From NCBI GenBank assembly GCA_963795085.1, contig CAWCFX010000006.1:288001-352000 (forward strand): a stretch of DNA of 64,000 bases. Direction: 5' to 3'. Numbering within the stretch: the first letter of the stretch is position 1; every line of letters begins with the position of its first letter. Below the pieces are notes generated by a model, which was not told the DNA's origin, did not search any database, and was given only the letters and a program-made list of their open reading frames with translations. Shown here one piece after another: positions 1 to 9,572 of this stretch. The translations under genes and the position numbers were made by a program. This DNA comes from an uncultured Gemmatimonadales bacterium. GTDB lineage: Bacteria > Gemmatimonadota > Gemmatimonadetes > Gemmatimonadales > GWC2-71-9.

Positions 1-342
1 GGCACGTTCATGGCACTCCTGTCGGCGGTGGTCCTCTGGCTCCGGTTCCGCAGGCAGGACCTGGTGACGCGCCGGTGGTTGCTCCACGGGCTGGTGCTGG
101 CGGCGCCGATGGGCTTTATCGCCACCGAGGCCGGGTGGGTGGTCACCGAGGTCGGGCGCCAGCCCTGGATCATCCGGGGCGTCATGCGGACCGCCGACGC
201 GGTCACCCCGATGCCCGGCCTGGTCGTGACCTTCACGGTCTTTACCCTGCTCTACATCCTGCTGGCCGCCGCCGTCGTATGGCTGCTGTACCGGCAGATC
301 GTCCGGAGCCCCGATGTCAGGGAGCCCGTGCCCGGTGCCTGA
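1..342 (+). CDS. cydA: Cytochrome bd ubiquinol oxidase subunit I, C-terminal part (truncated by window edge)
   Basis: Motif EAGWVVTEVGRQPW typical of CydA; directly upstream of cydB. Confidence 0.93.
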   Translation, partial: GTFMALLSAVVLWLRFRRQDLVTRRWLLHGLVLAAPMGFIATEAGWVVTEVGRQPWIIRGVMRTADAVTPMPGLVVTFTVFTLLYILLAAAVVWLLYRQIVRSPDVREPVPGA

Positions 343-1387
343 ACTCACGCCCGCCCTGCTGGTGGCCCTCGTCATCGTGATGGCGCTCAACGCCTATGCG
401 CTGCTGGGCGGCGCCGATTTCGGGGGAGGGGTCTGGGACCTGTTCGCCTCGGGACCCCGCCGGGACCGCCAGCGCCACCTGATCAGCCAGGCCATGGGCC
501 CCGTCTGGGAAGCCAACCATGTCTGGCTCATTCTGGTGGTCGTCCTGCTCTTCACCTGCTTTCCCGCGGCCTTCTCCCGGCTGGCCATCATCCTGCACAT
601 CCCGCTCACGCTGATGCTGATCGGGATCGTACTGCGCGGCTCCGCCTTCACTTTCCGGAGCTACGATTCCCGCGCCGACCGGGTCCAGCGCCGCTGGGGC
701 CGGATTTTCGCGATTGCCAGCCTGGTTACGCCGTGGCTGCTGGGATCCATGGTGGGGGCCATCGCGGCGGGTCGGCTGGCCGCACCGGTCCAGGCTCCTC
801 CCGCCGGGTTCGCCGAAACCTACCTGCGATCGTGGTTCACGCCGTTTACGGTGGCGACGGGCACCTTTACGCTCGCGTTGTTCGCCTTTCTGGCCGCGGT
901 GTACCTGGCGGTAGAGGCGAGGGAACCGGACCTCCGCGAGGATTTCCGGAAACGGGCCTTGCTGGCGGGCGGGGCGGTCTTCCTGGCCGCGGCGGCGGCG
1001 CTGCTGCTGGCGGGTCGGGGGAGCGGCGCCCCGCTGATGTGGCAGGGCCTGGTCGGGTCCCGCTGGGCGCTGAGCTTTCAGCTGGTGACCGGGGGCTGGG
1101 CGATCGCGTCGCTGGCGGCGCTCTGGTTTCGCCGCTACCGGACCGCCCGGGTGGCCGCGGCGGCCCAGGTGTCCTGCATACTCTGGGGCTGGGCGCTATC
1201 CCAGTTCCCCTACCTGGTACCGCCTGACCTGACCGTGAGCGGCGCGGCAGGCCCGGCGGTTACCCTCCGGCTGGTGCTGTGGACGCTGGCGGCCGGAGCC
1301 CTCGTCCTTATTCCCTCCCTCTACTACCTGTTTCGGGTCTTCAAGTCGGAGCGGGCCATGGGGACCCCCGCCGATTCGCCTCACTGA
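335..1387 (+). CDS. cydB: Cytochrome bd ubiquinol oxidase subunit II
   Basis: YALLGGADFGGG and PVWEANHVWL motifs, many TM segments; GTG at 335 overlaps the cydA stop (start inferred). Confidence 0.93.
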   Translation: MPELTPALLVALVIVMALNAYALLGGADFGGGVWDLFASGPRRDRQRHLISQAMGPVWEANHVWLILVVVLLFTCFPAAFSRLAIILHIPLTLMLIGIVLRGSAFTFRSYDSRADRVQRRWGRIFAIASLVTPWLLGSMVGAIAAGRLAAPVQAPPAGFAETYLRSWFTPFTVATGTFTLALFAFLAAVYLAVEAREPDLREDFRKRALLAGGAVFLAAAAALLLAGRGSGAPLMWQGLVGSRWALSFQLVTGGWAIASLAALWFRRYRTARVAAAAQVSCILWGWALSQFPYLVPPDLTVSGAAGPAVTLRLVLWTLAAGALVLIPSLYYLFRVFKSERAMGTPADSPH

Positions 1388-2946
1388 GCCGATGCGCTGA
1401 CGCCCGACATCATCCGCTTGATCGGCTTGACCAGCAGCGCCAGCAGCACCGCCGCCACCGCCACGAACAGCGTGACCGCCGTAAAGATCTGGGCAGTCGT
1501 GAAATCCTCGTACACGCCGGCCACCTGGCCGCCCACGAAATTCCCCAGGGAGGTCGCGAGGAACCAGACGCCAAGAATGAGGCCGGCATACCGCACCGGG
1601 GCCAGTCTTGTCATCGCGCTGAGCCCGACGGGGCTCAGGCTCAACTCGCCCACCGTGTGCAGGAAGTAGGTCGTCATGAGCCACCCCGGGCCCACCTGCC
1701 CGCCCTCACCCGCCAGTTGCGCGGCGACGATCAGCACGGCAAACCCGGCGGCCAGGAAGAACAACCCGATGGCGAACTTGGCCGGGCTGGTCGGCTCCCG
1801 CCGCCCCAGCCAGATCCACAGCCATGCGAAGACCGGCGCCAGCAACAGGATCCAGAACGAGTTCGCCGACTGGAACCAGCTTGCCGGGAAGGCCTGCCCG
1901 AGCACCTCGGCCCGGGTGCTTCGCTGGGCGAAGAGATTCAGGGTGGACCCCGCCTGCTCGAACGCGGACCAGAACACGGTGGCGCCGAGGAACAGCACAA
2001 AGATCACGAGGTGTCGCTTGCGTTCTTCCTTGTCGCGGCTGCCCGCGGTCAGCAGCCACGCGAAAAAGGCCAGCGGGGTGATCGTGAGCAGGATGCCGAA
2101 CACCTTGTTCAGTCCGGGCAGCGCCTCGAACAGCTGGCGCGCCGCCAGCAGGATGAGGCCCGAAACGACCACAATACCGATGATGAGCCCCAGACTGGCG
2201 CCCTTGCGGGTGCGCTCGGGAAAGGGGTCGCCGGGCGTTTCGCCGGCGCCACGCAGGCTCGGCCGGCCCAGCAGGTACTGGACGATGCCCAGGAACATGC
2301 CTACCGCGGCGGCACCAAATCCCCAGTGCCAGGCCGATTCCGGCGTGAGGCCCCAGCCGGCGAGGATACTCCGGAACTTTTCGCTCTGGGCCAGCCACCC
2401 GCAGATCAGCGGGGCGATGAAGGCACCAAGGTTGATGCCCATGTAGTAGATCGAAAACCCGGAATCCCGGCGCTGGTCCTCCGGGGTGTAGAGCTGGCCG
2501 ACCATGGTACTGATATTGGGCTTGAGCAGCCCGGTCCCCATCACCACGAGAAAGAGCCCGGCCAGGAAATACTGGAGTCCGCTGATGGCCAGCGAGATAT
2601 GGCCCAGCATGATGATGATACCGCCCCAGAGGACCGCCCGCTGCTGGCCCAGCACCCGGTCGGCGAACCAACCGCCGGGAAGCGCGACCAGGTAAACCGA
2701 CGCGGTGTAGAGGCCGTAGATCGGCCCGGCGATGGCTGTCTCCAGTCCCATGCCCCCCATGGCGAGCGGGGCGGTCATGTACAGAATCAGAATCGCCCGC
2801 ATGCCGTAGTAGCTGAACCGCTCCCACATCTCAGTGAAGAAGAGCGTGGACAACCCCTTCGGATGGCCGAAGAACCGGGTGTCCAGCGCCGGCGCCGGGT
2901 GATCGGTCAGGGGCTGGTTGGCGGGCCCATCGGGCGGAGCGCTCAC
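1381..2946 (-). CDS. Proton-dependent oligopeptide (POT/PTR) MFS transporter
   Basis: FFGHPKGL, EMWERFSYYG (ExxERFxYY), GLLKPN and GELSLSPVGLS motifs; GTG start inferred. Confidence 0.93.
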   Translation of the reverse strand: MSAPPDGPANQPLTDHPAPALDTRFFGHPKGLSTLFFTEMWERFSYYGMRAILILYMTAPLAMGGMGLETAIAGPIYGLYTASVYLVALPGGWFADRVLGQQRAVLWGGIIIMLGHISLAISGLQYFLAGLFLVVMGTGLLKPNISTMVGQLYTPEDQRRDSGFSIYYMGINLGAFIAPLICGWLAQSEKFRSILAGWGLTPESAWHWGFGAAAVGMFLGIVQYLLGRPSLRGAGETPGDPFPERTRKGASLGLIIGIVVVSGLILLAARQLFEALPGLNKVFGILLTITPLAFFAWLLTAGSRDKEERKRHLVIFVLFLGATVFWSAFEQAGSTLNLFAQRSTRAEVLGQAFPASWFQSANSFWILLLAPVFAWLWIWLGRREPTSPAKFAIGLFFLAAGFAVLIVAAQLAGEGGQVGPGWLMTTYFLHTVGELSLSPVGLSAMTRLAPVRYAGLILGVWFLATSLGNFVGGQVAGVYEDFTTAQIFTAVTLFVAVAAVLLALLVKPIKRMMSGVSASAQ

Positions 2947-3039
2947 GGTGTGTGCCTTTGGCTCAGGAGGTATGCGGTGACCAGGGGCCGCTGCCGGGCA
3001 ACGCGTACGCGTCGCTCGGCACGGGCCACGGGCCACTTC

Positions 3040-3612
3040 TTACGGGTCATTCTTCTTCCCCAGTTTGCGCTTGAGCTGGGCGAGCTGCTCGTCGGCCGCG
3101 GCTTCGTAGGCCGCGCGATCCAGGCTGCTGCGCAGGAGATCGCTGCTGAGGTCGGTCTCGGGACGGGTACCCCCGGCCGCTTCGATGTCCCTCCAGGCCG
3201 CGCCAGCCGATGCGGCGCCGGCGCCCAGGCCCTGCTTGGCGGCCCGCAACTGGGCCGTCCACTCCGCGATGTCCCGTTCCGCCAGCACCAGTTCTTCCCG
3301 CTGGACCGCCAGCTTTCGCTCCAGGACCAGGCCGCGCTCCCGGTGCCGGGCGGCGTAGCGGCCCGCGAGGTCCATGGTTTCCTGGTCGGGAATCTCCGCG
3401 GCCATGCGTCCGCGCCGCTCGGCGTCTTCGAGCTGCCGCCGTTCCCCGGCCAGCTCGCGCTCGGTGGCCGCGACGCCGTCGCGCATCTGGGACAGAGAGA
3501 CCTTGGCTTCGATCAGGGCGTCCTGCAGCATGGCCGCGGAGGCTCGCGCGTCCGCGGGTGCGGTGTGCGAGGCCAGGAATTGCTCGATGCGGGAGCGAAG
3601 CCCGTCAAGCAC
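3040..3612 (-). CDS. Coiled-coil protein, PspA/IM30-like
   Basis: Long heptad-rich helical protein ending ADEQLAQLKRKLGK, like the PspA C-terminal helix; GTG start overlaps the TAG of the upstream zinc-ribbon ORF. Confidence 0.55.
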   Translation of the reverse strand: MLDGLRSRIEQFLASHTAPADARASAAMLQDALIEAKVSLSQMRDGVAATERELAGERRQLEDAERRGRMAAEIPDQETMDLAGRYAARHRERGLVLERKLAVQREELVLAERDIAEWTAQLRAAKQGLGAGAASAGAAWRDIEAAGGTRPETDLSSDLLRSSLDRAAYEAAADEQLAQLKRKLGKKNDP

Positions 3613-3776
3613 TAGGATTTTCGGCCAGTCTTGGCATAGAAGGGGGTGAAGGTCCGCTCCACTTTGGCGGAACGGCACTCCGGGCAGGTTACCTTGGCGC
3701 GCTCATGGGCCGTGAGCGATTCGGTGCGGGTAAAATCGTGCCCGCAGGCGGCGCAGTGGTAGTCATACATGGGCAT
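3612..3776 (-). CDS. FmdB-family zinc-ribbon small protein (54 aa; absent from the ORF track)
   Basis: Manual translation MPMYDYHCAACGHDFTRTESLTAHERAKVTCPECRSAKVERTFTPFYAKTGRKS*; MPxYxYxCxxC...CPxC signature. Confidence 0.88.
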   Translation of the reverse strand: MPMYDYHCAACGHDFTRTESLTAHERAKVTCPECRSAKVERTFTPFYAKTGRKS

Positions 3777-3885
3777 GGCAGACTCGGAGTCAAGTGAGAC
3801 GCTATCAAGGTTACCCGGACGCTCCCGGGAGCGTCAACTGCCGGCGAGCGTTTATCTTTGGGCGTTGCCTACCCGGAGCCGTCTG

Positions 3886-4365
3886 ATGACCGTGCGCCTG
3901 CCCGCCGCCCTGCTGGTCGCCGCCCTGGCCTGTTCTCGCGGTGATTCACCGCCCCCCTGCGGCCTGAGTTCCCTGGTCGGCCCGTCCCTGCTCCTGAGCG
4001 AGTTCAGCCAGGCCGGCCGTACCCTGGCCACGCCCCCGGCACGTCTCCCCGAACAAATGGTGGTCCGGCTGGTCGCGGGCCCGGCATATCCCGCCATCGC
4101 CGGGCGAGCCGACAGCCTCTGGGTCATTGGGGTCAACGGTACCCTGCCCCCCAATGTCACCCCGGCATTCGGCGTGTTGACCCTCGACCTGAACGAGCAG
4201 CCCCTCGGTGTGCTTCTCTATGAGAACGAACTCATCGAAGGCGCACCCACCCTGGGCACAGTGAACATCGGCAGCCTGGTCGTGCCGCTGATCGGCATCC
4301 GGGTGAACCCGGAGCGAATCCAGGAACCGCGCTGTCCCCTGTTTCCCGATTCGCTGGCGCCGTGA
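3886..4365 (+). CDS. Hypothetical lipoprotein
   Basis: Hydrophobic signal with LAC lipobox; stop overlaps the next GTG; in-frame TTG at 3865 is an alternative start. Confidence 0.65.
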   Translation: MTVRLPAALLVAALACSRGDSPPPCGLSSLVGPSLLLSEFSQAGRTLATPPARLPEQMVVRLVAGPAYPAIAGRADSLWVIGVNGTLPPNVTPAFGVLTLDLNEQPLGVLLYENELIEGAPTLGTVNIGSLVVPLIGIRVNPERIQEPRCPLFPDSLAP

Positions 4366-5132
4366 GCCGCCCGCTGATCGGCATTTCGGGCTGGGTGCGG
4401 ACGCTCGACCGAATCGAGCGCGCCGGTGTCAACGCCGCCTACGTGTACGCCGTCGCCCGGGCCGGAGGAGTCCCCGTCGTGCTGACCCAGGCGGCAGGCC
4501 CGGGGGAGGCCGTGGCGCTGCTGGCGTCCCTGCAGGGGCTGGTGCTGACCGGCGGGCAGGATCTGCATCCCGAACGCTACGGCGCGGCACCGTCACCCCG
4601 GCTGGGCACGACCGACCCGGACCGGGATGGGTTCGAGTTGGCCCTGTTTCAGGCCGCCCGGGAAAGCGGTCACCCGGTGCTGGGCATCTGCCGCGGGCTT
4701 CAGCTCGTCAACGTGGCAATGGGCGGGACCCTCTGGCAGGACCTCCCTACGGAACGCCCCGGGGCGATCGACCACGACCCGGCGCTGGCCCGGGACGTCC
4801 GCTGCCACTCAGTCACGATCGACGAAGGCAGCGAACTCCGCGCCGTCCTGGGCACCGGCCGCCTGGAAACGAACTCGATTCACCACCAGGCGATTCGTGA
4901 CCTGGCGCCGGGCCTCACGGCGACCGCACGAGCCGATGACGGAGTAATTGAAGGGGTGGAAGGGGAACGGGCCGATGGCTGGCTGCTGGCCGTTCAGTGG
5001 CATCCGGAGGAATTCCACCGGCTTCCCGCAGCACCCGACCAGCGCCTCTTCGACGCGCTGGTGAGGGCCGCGGGGGTCGTCAGTGATTCTCCCGCCGGGG
5101 CGGGAACAGCACCCGGCCGCTTACCTGGTTGA
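4362..5132 (+). CDS. Peptidase C26 / gamma-glutamyl-gamma-aminobutyrate hydrolase family (class I glutamine amidotransferase-like)
   Basis: LVLTGGQD, LGICRG (catalytic Cys), NSIHHQA and VQWHPE motifs. Confidence 0.9.
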   Translation: MSRPLIGISGWVRTLDRIERAGVNAAYVYAVARAGGVPVVLTQAAGPGEAVALLASLQGLVLTGGQDLHPERYGAAPSPRLGTTDPDRDGFELALFQAARESGHPVLGICRGLQLVNVAMGGTLWQDLPTERPGAIDHDPALARDVRCHSVTIDEGSELRAVLGTGRLETNSIHHQAIRDLAPGLTATARADDGVIEGVEGERADGWLLAVQWHPEEFHRLPAAPDQRLFDALVRAAGVVSDSPAGAGTAPGRLPG

Positions 5133-5763
5133 GCGCCAGCCGCACGGTGGGAAACTGCTCCGAGGCGACCCGGAACACGCCGTCCAGCCCGTACTGGTCC
5201 GCCAGGGCATGGCCGGAAGCCTGGCCGAAGCCGCGGGCGCCCAGAGTCTCGTAGTAGGTCACATCGGGCCCGCCGCGGCGGACCTGCCGCGCCGCAATGT
5301 ATTCGGGATAGAGCCCGGCCAGCCACAGCGCGTAGTTGCCGAGGTGAGCCAGGACCTTGAAACGCCGGGCGCTCTCGGTGGCGTCCAGGTCGGCGAGAAT
5401 ATCGACCAGGTACTGATGCCGCTGGTCGTCGTTCCAGTCCACCCGCCAGGCCCGGTCCCGTTTTCCGAACTCGAGCAGCAGGGCTGCCACGTAATCGGCA
5501 AGGTCCCGGTCGCCACAGCCGGCCCGGACCAGGGCATGGCGCACCAACACATAGAAGAACAGCACCTCGGAGGGGACCAGGATGGACCGTACCGCGACCA
5601 GGCGCTCAAAGAGTTCCGGGACGTCCAGTAGCGCATCAGGGCCTTCGGTGGCGAGCCGCCGTTCGGCCGAGGCGCGGCGCGCGGCCGACCCCTGGCTGAC
5701 CAGCAGAACCACGAGATGCAGATCGCTGGCGGATAGCCGACCACGTGTGTTAGCAAGGATCAT
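5080..5763 (-). CDS. Hypothetical helical protein (227 aa)
   Basis: ATG with AGGAG SD 7 nt upstream; natural composition, motif HLGNYALWLAGLYPEY...YYETLG. Confidence 0.7.
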   Translation of the reverse strand: MILANTRGRLSASDLHLVVLLVSQGSAARRASAERRLATEGPDALLDVPELFERLVAVRSILVPSEVLFFYVLVRHALVRAGCGDRDLADYVAALLLEFGKRDRAWRVDWNDDQRHQYLVDILADLDATESARRFKVLAHLGNYALWLAGLYPEYIAARQVRRGGPDVTYYETLGARGFGQASGHALADQYGLDGVFRVASEQFPTVRLALNQVSGRVLFPPRRENH

Positions 5764-7713
5764 GTGAACGCTCCTGAAACGAACGCGGGTTCGTCCCGCG
5801 ACTATTCCGGGATCCTGCGGGCGCTGACGGCATTGAGCCGTGACCTCGCGGGAGTGCTGCGGCCGCAGGCGATCGTGGACCTGTTGGCCCAATCCCTTAC
5901 TGCACAATTCTCGCCAACAGCCCTGGGCATCGCTCTTTTTGACCTCGAGGCCAACCGGCCCCAGGTCCGGTACGCCACTTCTGGCCATGCCGATTGGCTG
6001 CCTGCGGCCCTGGACCGCGCCATGCGGGGCGATCCTCGCGCCGGCGGTGCCGCCGATTTGCTCCCCCCCGGCGACCCGATTCCGGCGGGTATGCCCGACT
6101 ACTGCCTTTCGGCGCCGCTGGTCGCCCGCCGCATCGTGAACGGCTCGGTGGTACTCGGCGGCACGCGGCCCTACCGGCCCGATGACCTTGCGGCTTTCGA
6201 CGCCTTCAGCGCCATCGCCAGCCAGGCCCTGGAAAGCGGCGCGATCATCGAACAGGCCGAGGCGGGCAAGCAGTCATGGGCCCAGACTGCTGACGCGCTC
6301 TCCTTCGCGCTCTGCCTGGTGGACGACCTGGGCCGGGTGCTCCGTGCGAACCGTGCTTTCGCCGAACTGGTCACGGCCACCGCCAGCGAGGTGATCGGCC
6401 GTCCTTGGATCACCCTGGTTCCTCCCGGCTGGGCCGATGGCATCCACACCGCATGGAACGCTCCCGGCAAGGAAGTGGACCTCCGGGTCGGACCCCGGTC
6501 CTACTCGGTCTCGGTTTTCCCCTCAGCCCGGGATTCGATGCGCGTCCTGGTGTTCCTGGACCGGACCGAGCGGCGCCGGCTGCAGGACCAGCTGATCCAG
6601 TCTGAAAAGATGTCCGCCGTCGGGCAACTGGTCGCAGGGGTGGCGCACGATCTCAACAACCCCCTCGCCTCGGTGCTCGGATTCGCCGATTTCCTGGTCG
6701 AATCCCCGGATGTTCCCGCCCATCTGCGGGAACCGCTTCGGGTAATCCAGCAGGAGTCACTCCGCGCCGCGACGATCGTCAAGAACCTGCTGGGCTTCGC
6801 CCGGAAGCAGGAACATGGGAGGCATTCTACCGCCATCCGTCCCCTGCTCGAAGCCACCCTCGGCCTGCTCCGTAACCAGTTGATGGCCGACCGGGTGGAG
6901 GTCCGGCTCGAAGCGGAACCGGGGCTGCCCCCGGTCCGGATCAACCCGAACCAGATCCAGCAGGTCTTCGTCAACCTGATCCACAACGCCTCCCAGGCCA
7001 TTGCCGCCTCGGGGAAACCCGGCTCCATCCACATCACCGCCCGGCAGGGGCTTCACGGCATGGTGATCGATGTCGCCGACGACGGCCCCGGGATGCCGGA
7101 GGATCTCGCCGTCCGGGTGTTTGAGCCCTTCTTCACTACCAAGCCAGAAGGACAGGGAACTGGCCTTGGCCTCAACATCTGCCAGGGCATCGTGAAGGAA
7201 CACGGCGGCCACATCAGCCTGGCAACCGCCCCGGGCTCCGGAGCGACCTTTTCCGTCGAACTGCCGCAGGTCAGGGCCGCCGAGGAGGAATCGCCGGCCC
7301 CGCCCGTCCCCGACACGCCCAGTATGCGGTTCCGGATCCTGCTGATCGATGACGAACCGCACATTCGGCACTATCTCCGTACCACCCTGGAGGCGTGGGG
7401 GCATTTGGTTGACGAGGCGGGGGACGGGCACTCCGGCCTGGAACTGGCCACGTCGGGACACTTCGACCTCATCATCAGCGACCTGCGGATGCCGGGCCTG
7501 GGGGGCCGCGAATTCTATGAGCGGCTGATGGAGGTGAGCCCTGCGCTGGGTCGGCTGGTCGTGTTCAGCACGGGCGACACCGTCCGGGGGGACACCCGCC
7601 AGTTCCTCGAGCGGGAAGGTCGCCCCTACCTCAACAAGCCTTTCAGCCTGGCGGAGCTTCGAAACCTGCTGGGCCTGGTCGCGTCCCAGCGGGCGCCGTC
7701 CCCACCCGCTTGA
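5764..7713 (+). CDS. Hybrid sensor histidine kinase (GAF-like, PAS, HisKA, HATPase, receiver)
   Basis: H-box GVAHDLNNPL, N-box QVFVNLIHNA, G-boxes DDGPG / FEPFFTTK / GTGLGL, receiver IDDEP..SDLRMP..KPF; start uncertain. Confidence 0.92.
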   Translation: MNAPETNAGSSRDYSGILRALTALSRDLAGVLRPQAIVDLLAQSLTAQFSPTALGIALFDLEANRPQVRYATSGHADWLPAALDRAMRGDPRAGGAADLLPPGDPIPAGMPDYCLSAPLVARRIVNGSVVLGGTRPYRPDDLAAFDAFSAIASQALESGAIIEQAEAGKQSWAQTADALSFALCLVDDLGRVLRANRAFAELVTATASEVIGRPWITLVPPGWADGIHTAWNAPGKEVDLRVGPRSYSVSVFPSARDSMRVLVFLDRTERRRLQDQLIQSEKMSAVGQLVAGVAHDLNNPLASVLGFADFLVESPDVPAHLREPLRVIQQESLRAATIVKNLLGFARKQEHGRHSTAIRPLLEATLGLLRNQLMADRVEVRLEAEPGLPPVRINPNQIQQVFVNLIHNASQAIAASGKPGSIHITARQGLHGMVIDVADDGPGMPEDLAVRVFEPFFTTKPEGQGTGLGLNICQGIVKEHGGHISLATAPGSGATFSVELPQVRAAEEESPAPPVPDTPSMRFRILLIDDEPHIRHYLRTTLEAWGHLVDEAGDGHSGLELATSGHFDLIISDLRMPGLGGREFYERLMEVSPALGRLVVFSTGDTVRGDTRQFLEREGRPYLNKPFSLAELRNLLGLVASQRAPSPPA

Positions 7714-8783
7714 TGCCCCGGATCGTCCACGTCGCCTCGGCTCGCGAATGGCGGGGCGGTCAGAACCAGGTACGGCTCCTGGTGCGGGCCCTGGCGGCCG
7801 ATCCGACCATCAACCAGGTGGTCGTGACCGGCGCGGATACCCAATTGGCGCACCGGCTCGAGGCCGGCGGGCTTCCGGTGGCCCTTACCGCCTGGCGGAC
7901 GGCCCTTGATCCGCGCGCCCTGGTGGCCGTCCTCCGGGAGGCAAGGCGGGCACCATCCATCCTGCATGCCCATGATGCTCATGCCCTGGTGCTGGCCGGG
8001 ATCGCAGCCCGTTTCACCGGGGCAAGGCTGGTGGTGACACGGCGGGTCGACTTTCACCTCCGCCGGCCCGGGTTCTGGCGCCGCGCCGACCGGGTGATCG
8101 CGATCTCCGGGGCCATCCGGGACATCCTGGTTTCGGATGGCCTCCCGGAGGACAGTGTCACGGTGGTTTACTCGGGAATCGACCCGGAAGAGGTTCGGGC
8201 CGCCCCTCTGGGCGGCGTGCGGGCCCTGTACCGGCTGGCACCGAATGTGCCCCTCGCGATCAACGTGGCCGCCCTGGTGCCTCACAAGGACCACGCAACG
8301 CTGGTGCGCGCGGCGGTGGAGACCAGCCGGGCATTGCCGGAACTGCACTGGGTAATCCTCGGCGATGGCCCGCTTCTGCCGGAGTTGACGGAACGGGTGC
8401 GGCAGGCCGGCCTGGACGAACGGATCCACTTCATGGGACAGGTGTCCAATGCCTGGGGGATGATCGCGGAAGCCGATGTGTTCGTGATGTCGTCCCGCGA
8501 AGAGGGGCTGGGAACCTCCATCCTGGACGCGATGGCGCTGGAGGTGCCGGTGGTCGCCACGCGGGCCGGCGGAATCCCGGAAATCCTGGAAGGGGGCGCC
8601 GGCCTCCTGGTACCACCCGGCGATGGCATCGAGTTGGGGCGGGCCGTCCAGCGCATGCTGGAGGAACCTGGATTGCGGCAGGAGACCAGGTCCGCCGCCA
8701 GCCGGCAGCTTGCCCGGTTCACGGCCCGGACCATGGCAGACGGGGTCGCCTCGGTGTATCGTTCGATACTCTCAACTGGTTGA
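7713..8783 (+). CDS. Glycosyltransferase family 4 (GT-B)
   Basis: WRGGQNQV, HAHDAHA, SREEGLGTSILDAMA, TRAGGIPE motifs. Confidence 0.9.
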   Translation: MPRIVHVASAREWRGGQNQVRLLVRALAADPTINQVVVTGADTQLAHRLEAGGLPVALTAWRTALDPRALVAVLREARRAPSILHAHDAHALVLAGIAARFTGARLVVTRRVDFHLRRPGFWRRADRVIAISGAIRDILVSDGLPEDSVTVVYSGIDPEEVRAAPLGGVRALYRLAPNVPLAINVAALVPHKDHATLVRAAVETSRALPELHWVILGDGPLLPELTERVRQAGLDERIHFMGQVSNAWGMIAEADVFVMSSREEGLGTSILDAMALEVPVVATRAGGIPEILEGGAGLLVPPGDGIELGRAVQRMLEEPGLRQETRSAASRQLARFTARTMADGVASVYRSILSTG

Positions 8784-8789
8784 CGTATT

Positions 8790-9572
8790 GTGATTTACAT
8801 CTGTATACCGTGCTACAACGAAGCTCCGACCATCGGGCTGCTGTTGTGGAAAATTCGCCAGGTGTTCTCCCAGTTTCCCCGGGAGTACCAGATGGTGGTC
8901 GTCAACGACGGATCCACCGATTCCACCGGGGAAACCCTGGCGCCGTACACCCAGGTCCTCCCCCTGACCGTGGTGAATCACCGGGACCGGCTCGGCTATG
9001 CCGCGAGCGTGGAGGCCGCCCTCCGTCTGGCCGTAGAGCGGACGGACCGCCCCAAACGGGATTGCGCCATCCTCATGCAGGCGGACTTTTCGCACGGGGC
9101 GGAATTCCTGCCCGAACTGGTGAAGCAGATCGAAAGCGGGGCCGACCTGGTCGTGGCCCAGCCCCGGATCGAAGGAGAACCGTCGCGGGCGTTCCGCCTG
9201 GTGCGCCGCGCCGCGCCGCTCCTGCTCCGCCATGCGATCCGGGTCCCTGGCGTGAGCGATATTGTCTCGGGATTCGCCGCCTTCCGGCTGGTGATTCTCC
9301 GGAATGCCATTCGGGCCCAGCCCGGCCCGCTGCTGACGACCGACGGTTGGGCGGCTAACGCCGAGTTGCTGACCCGGGCGGCGCAGTCGGCCCGCCGGAT
9401 TGAGACCATACCGGCGATCGAACGGCGCGACATCCGTCCTCGGGCCAGCCGGCTGGCCCCCTGGGATGTCGCCCGCGAATTGTGGCGGGCCGGCCCTCGA
9501 CTCAAACAAGTGGCGCGGCGCTCACGGCCGATGATGGACCGTGCCGAGCGCCAGCCTGTGGAGATGATCTGA
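8790..9572 (+). CDS. Glycosyltransferase family 2
   Basis: IPCYNEA, VVNDGSTD, QAD motifs. Confidence 0.88.
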   Translation: MIYICIPCYNEAPTIGLLLWKIRQVFSQFPREYQMVVVNDGSTDSTGETLAPYTQVLPLTVVNHRDRLGYAASVEAALRLAVERTDRPKRDCAILMQADFSHGAEFLPELVKQIESGADLVVAQPRIEGEPSRAFRLVRRAAPLLLRHAIRVPGVSDIVSGFAAFRLVILRNAIRAQPGPLLTTDGWAANAELLTRAAQSARRIETIPAIERRDIRPRASRLAPWDVARELWRAGPRLKQVARRSRPMMDRAERQPVEMI

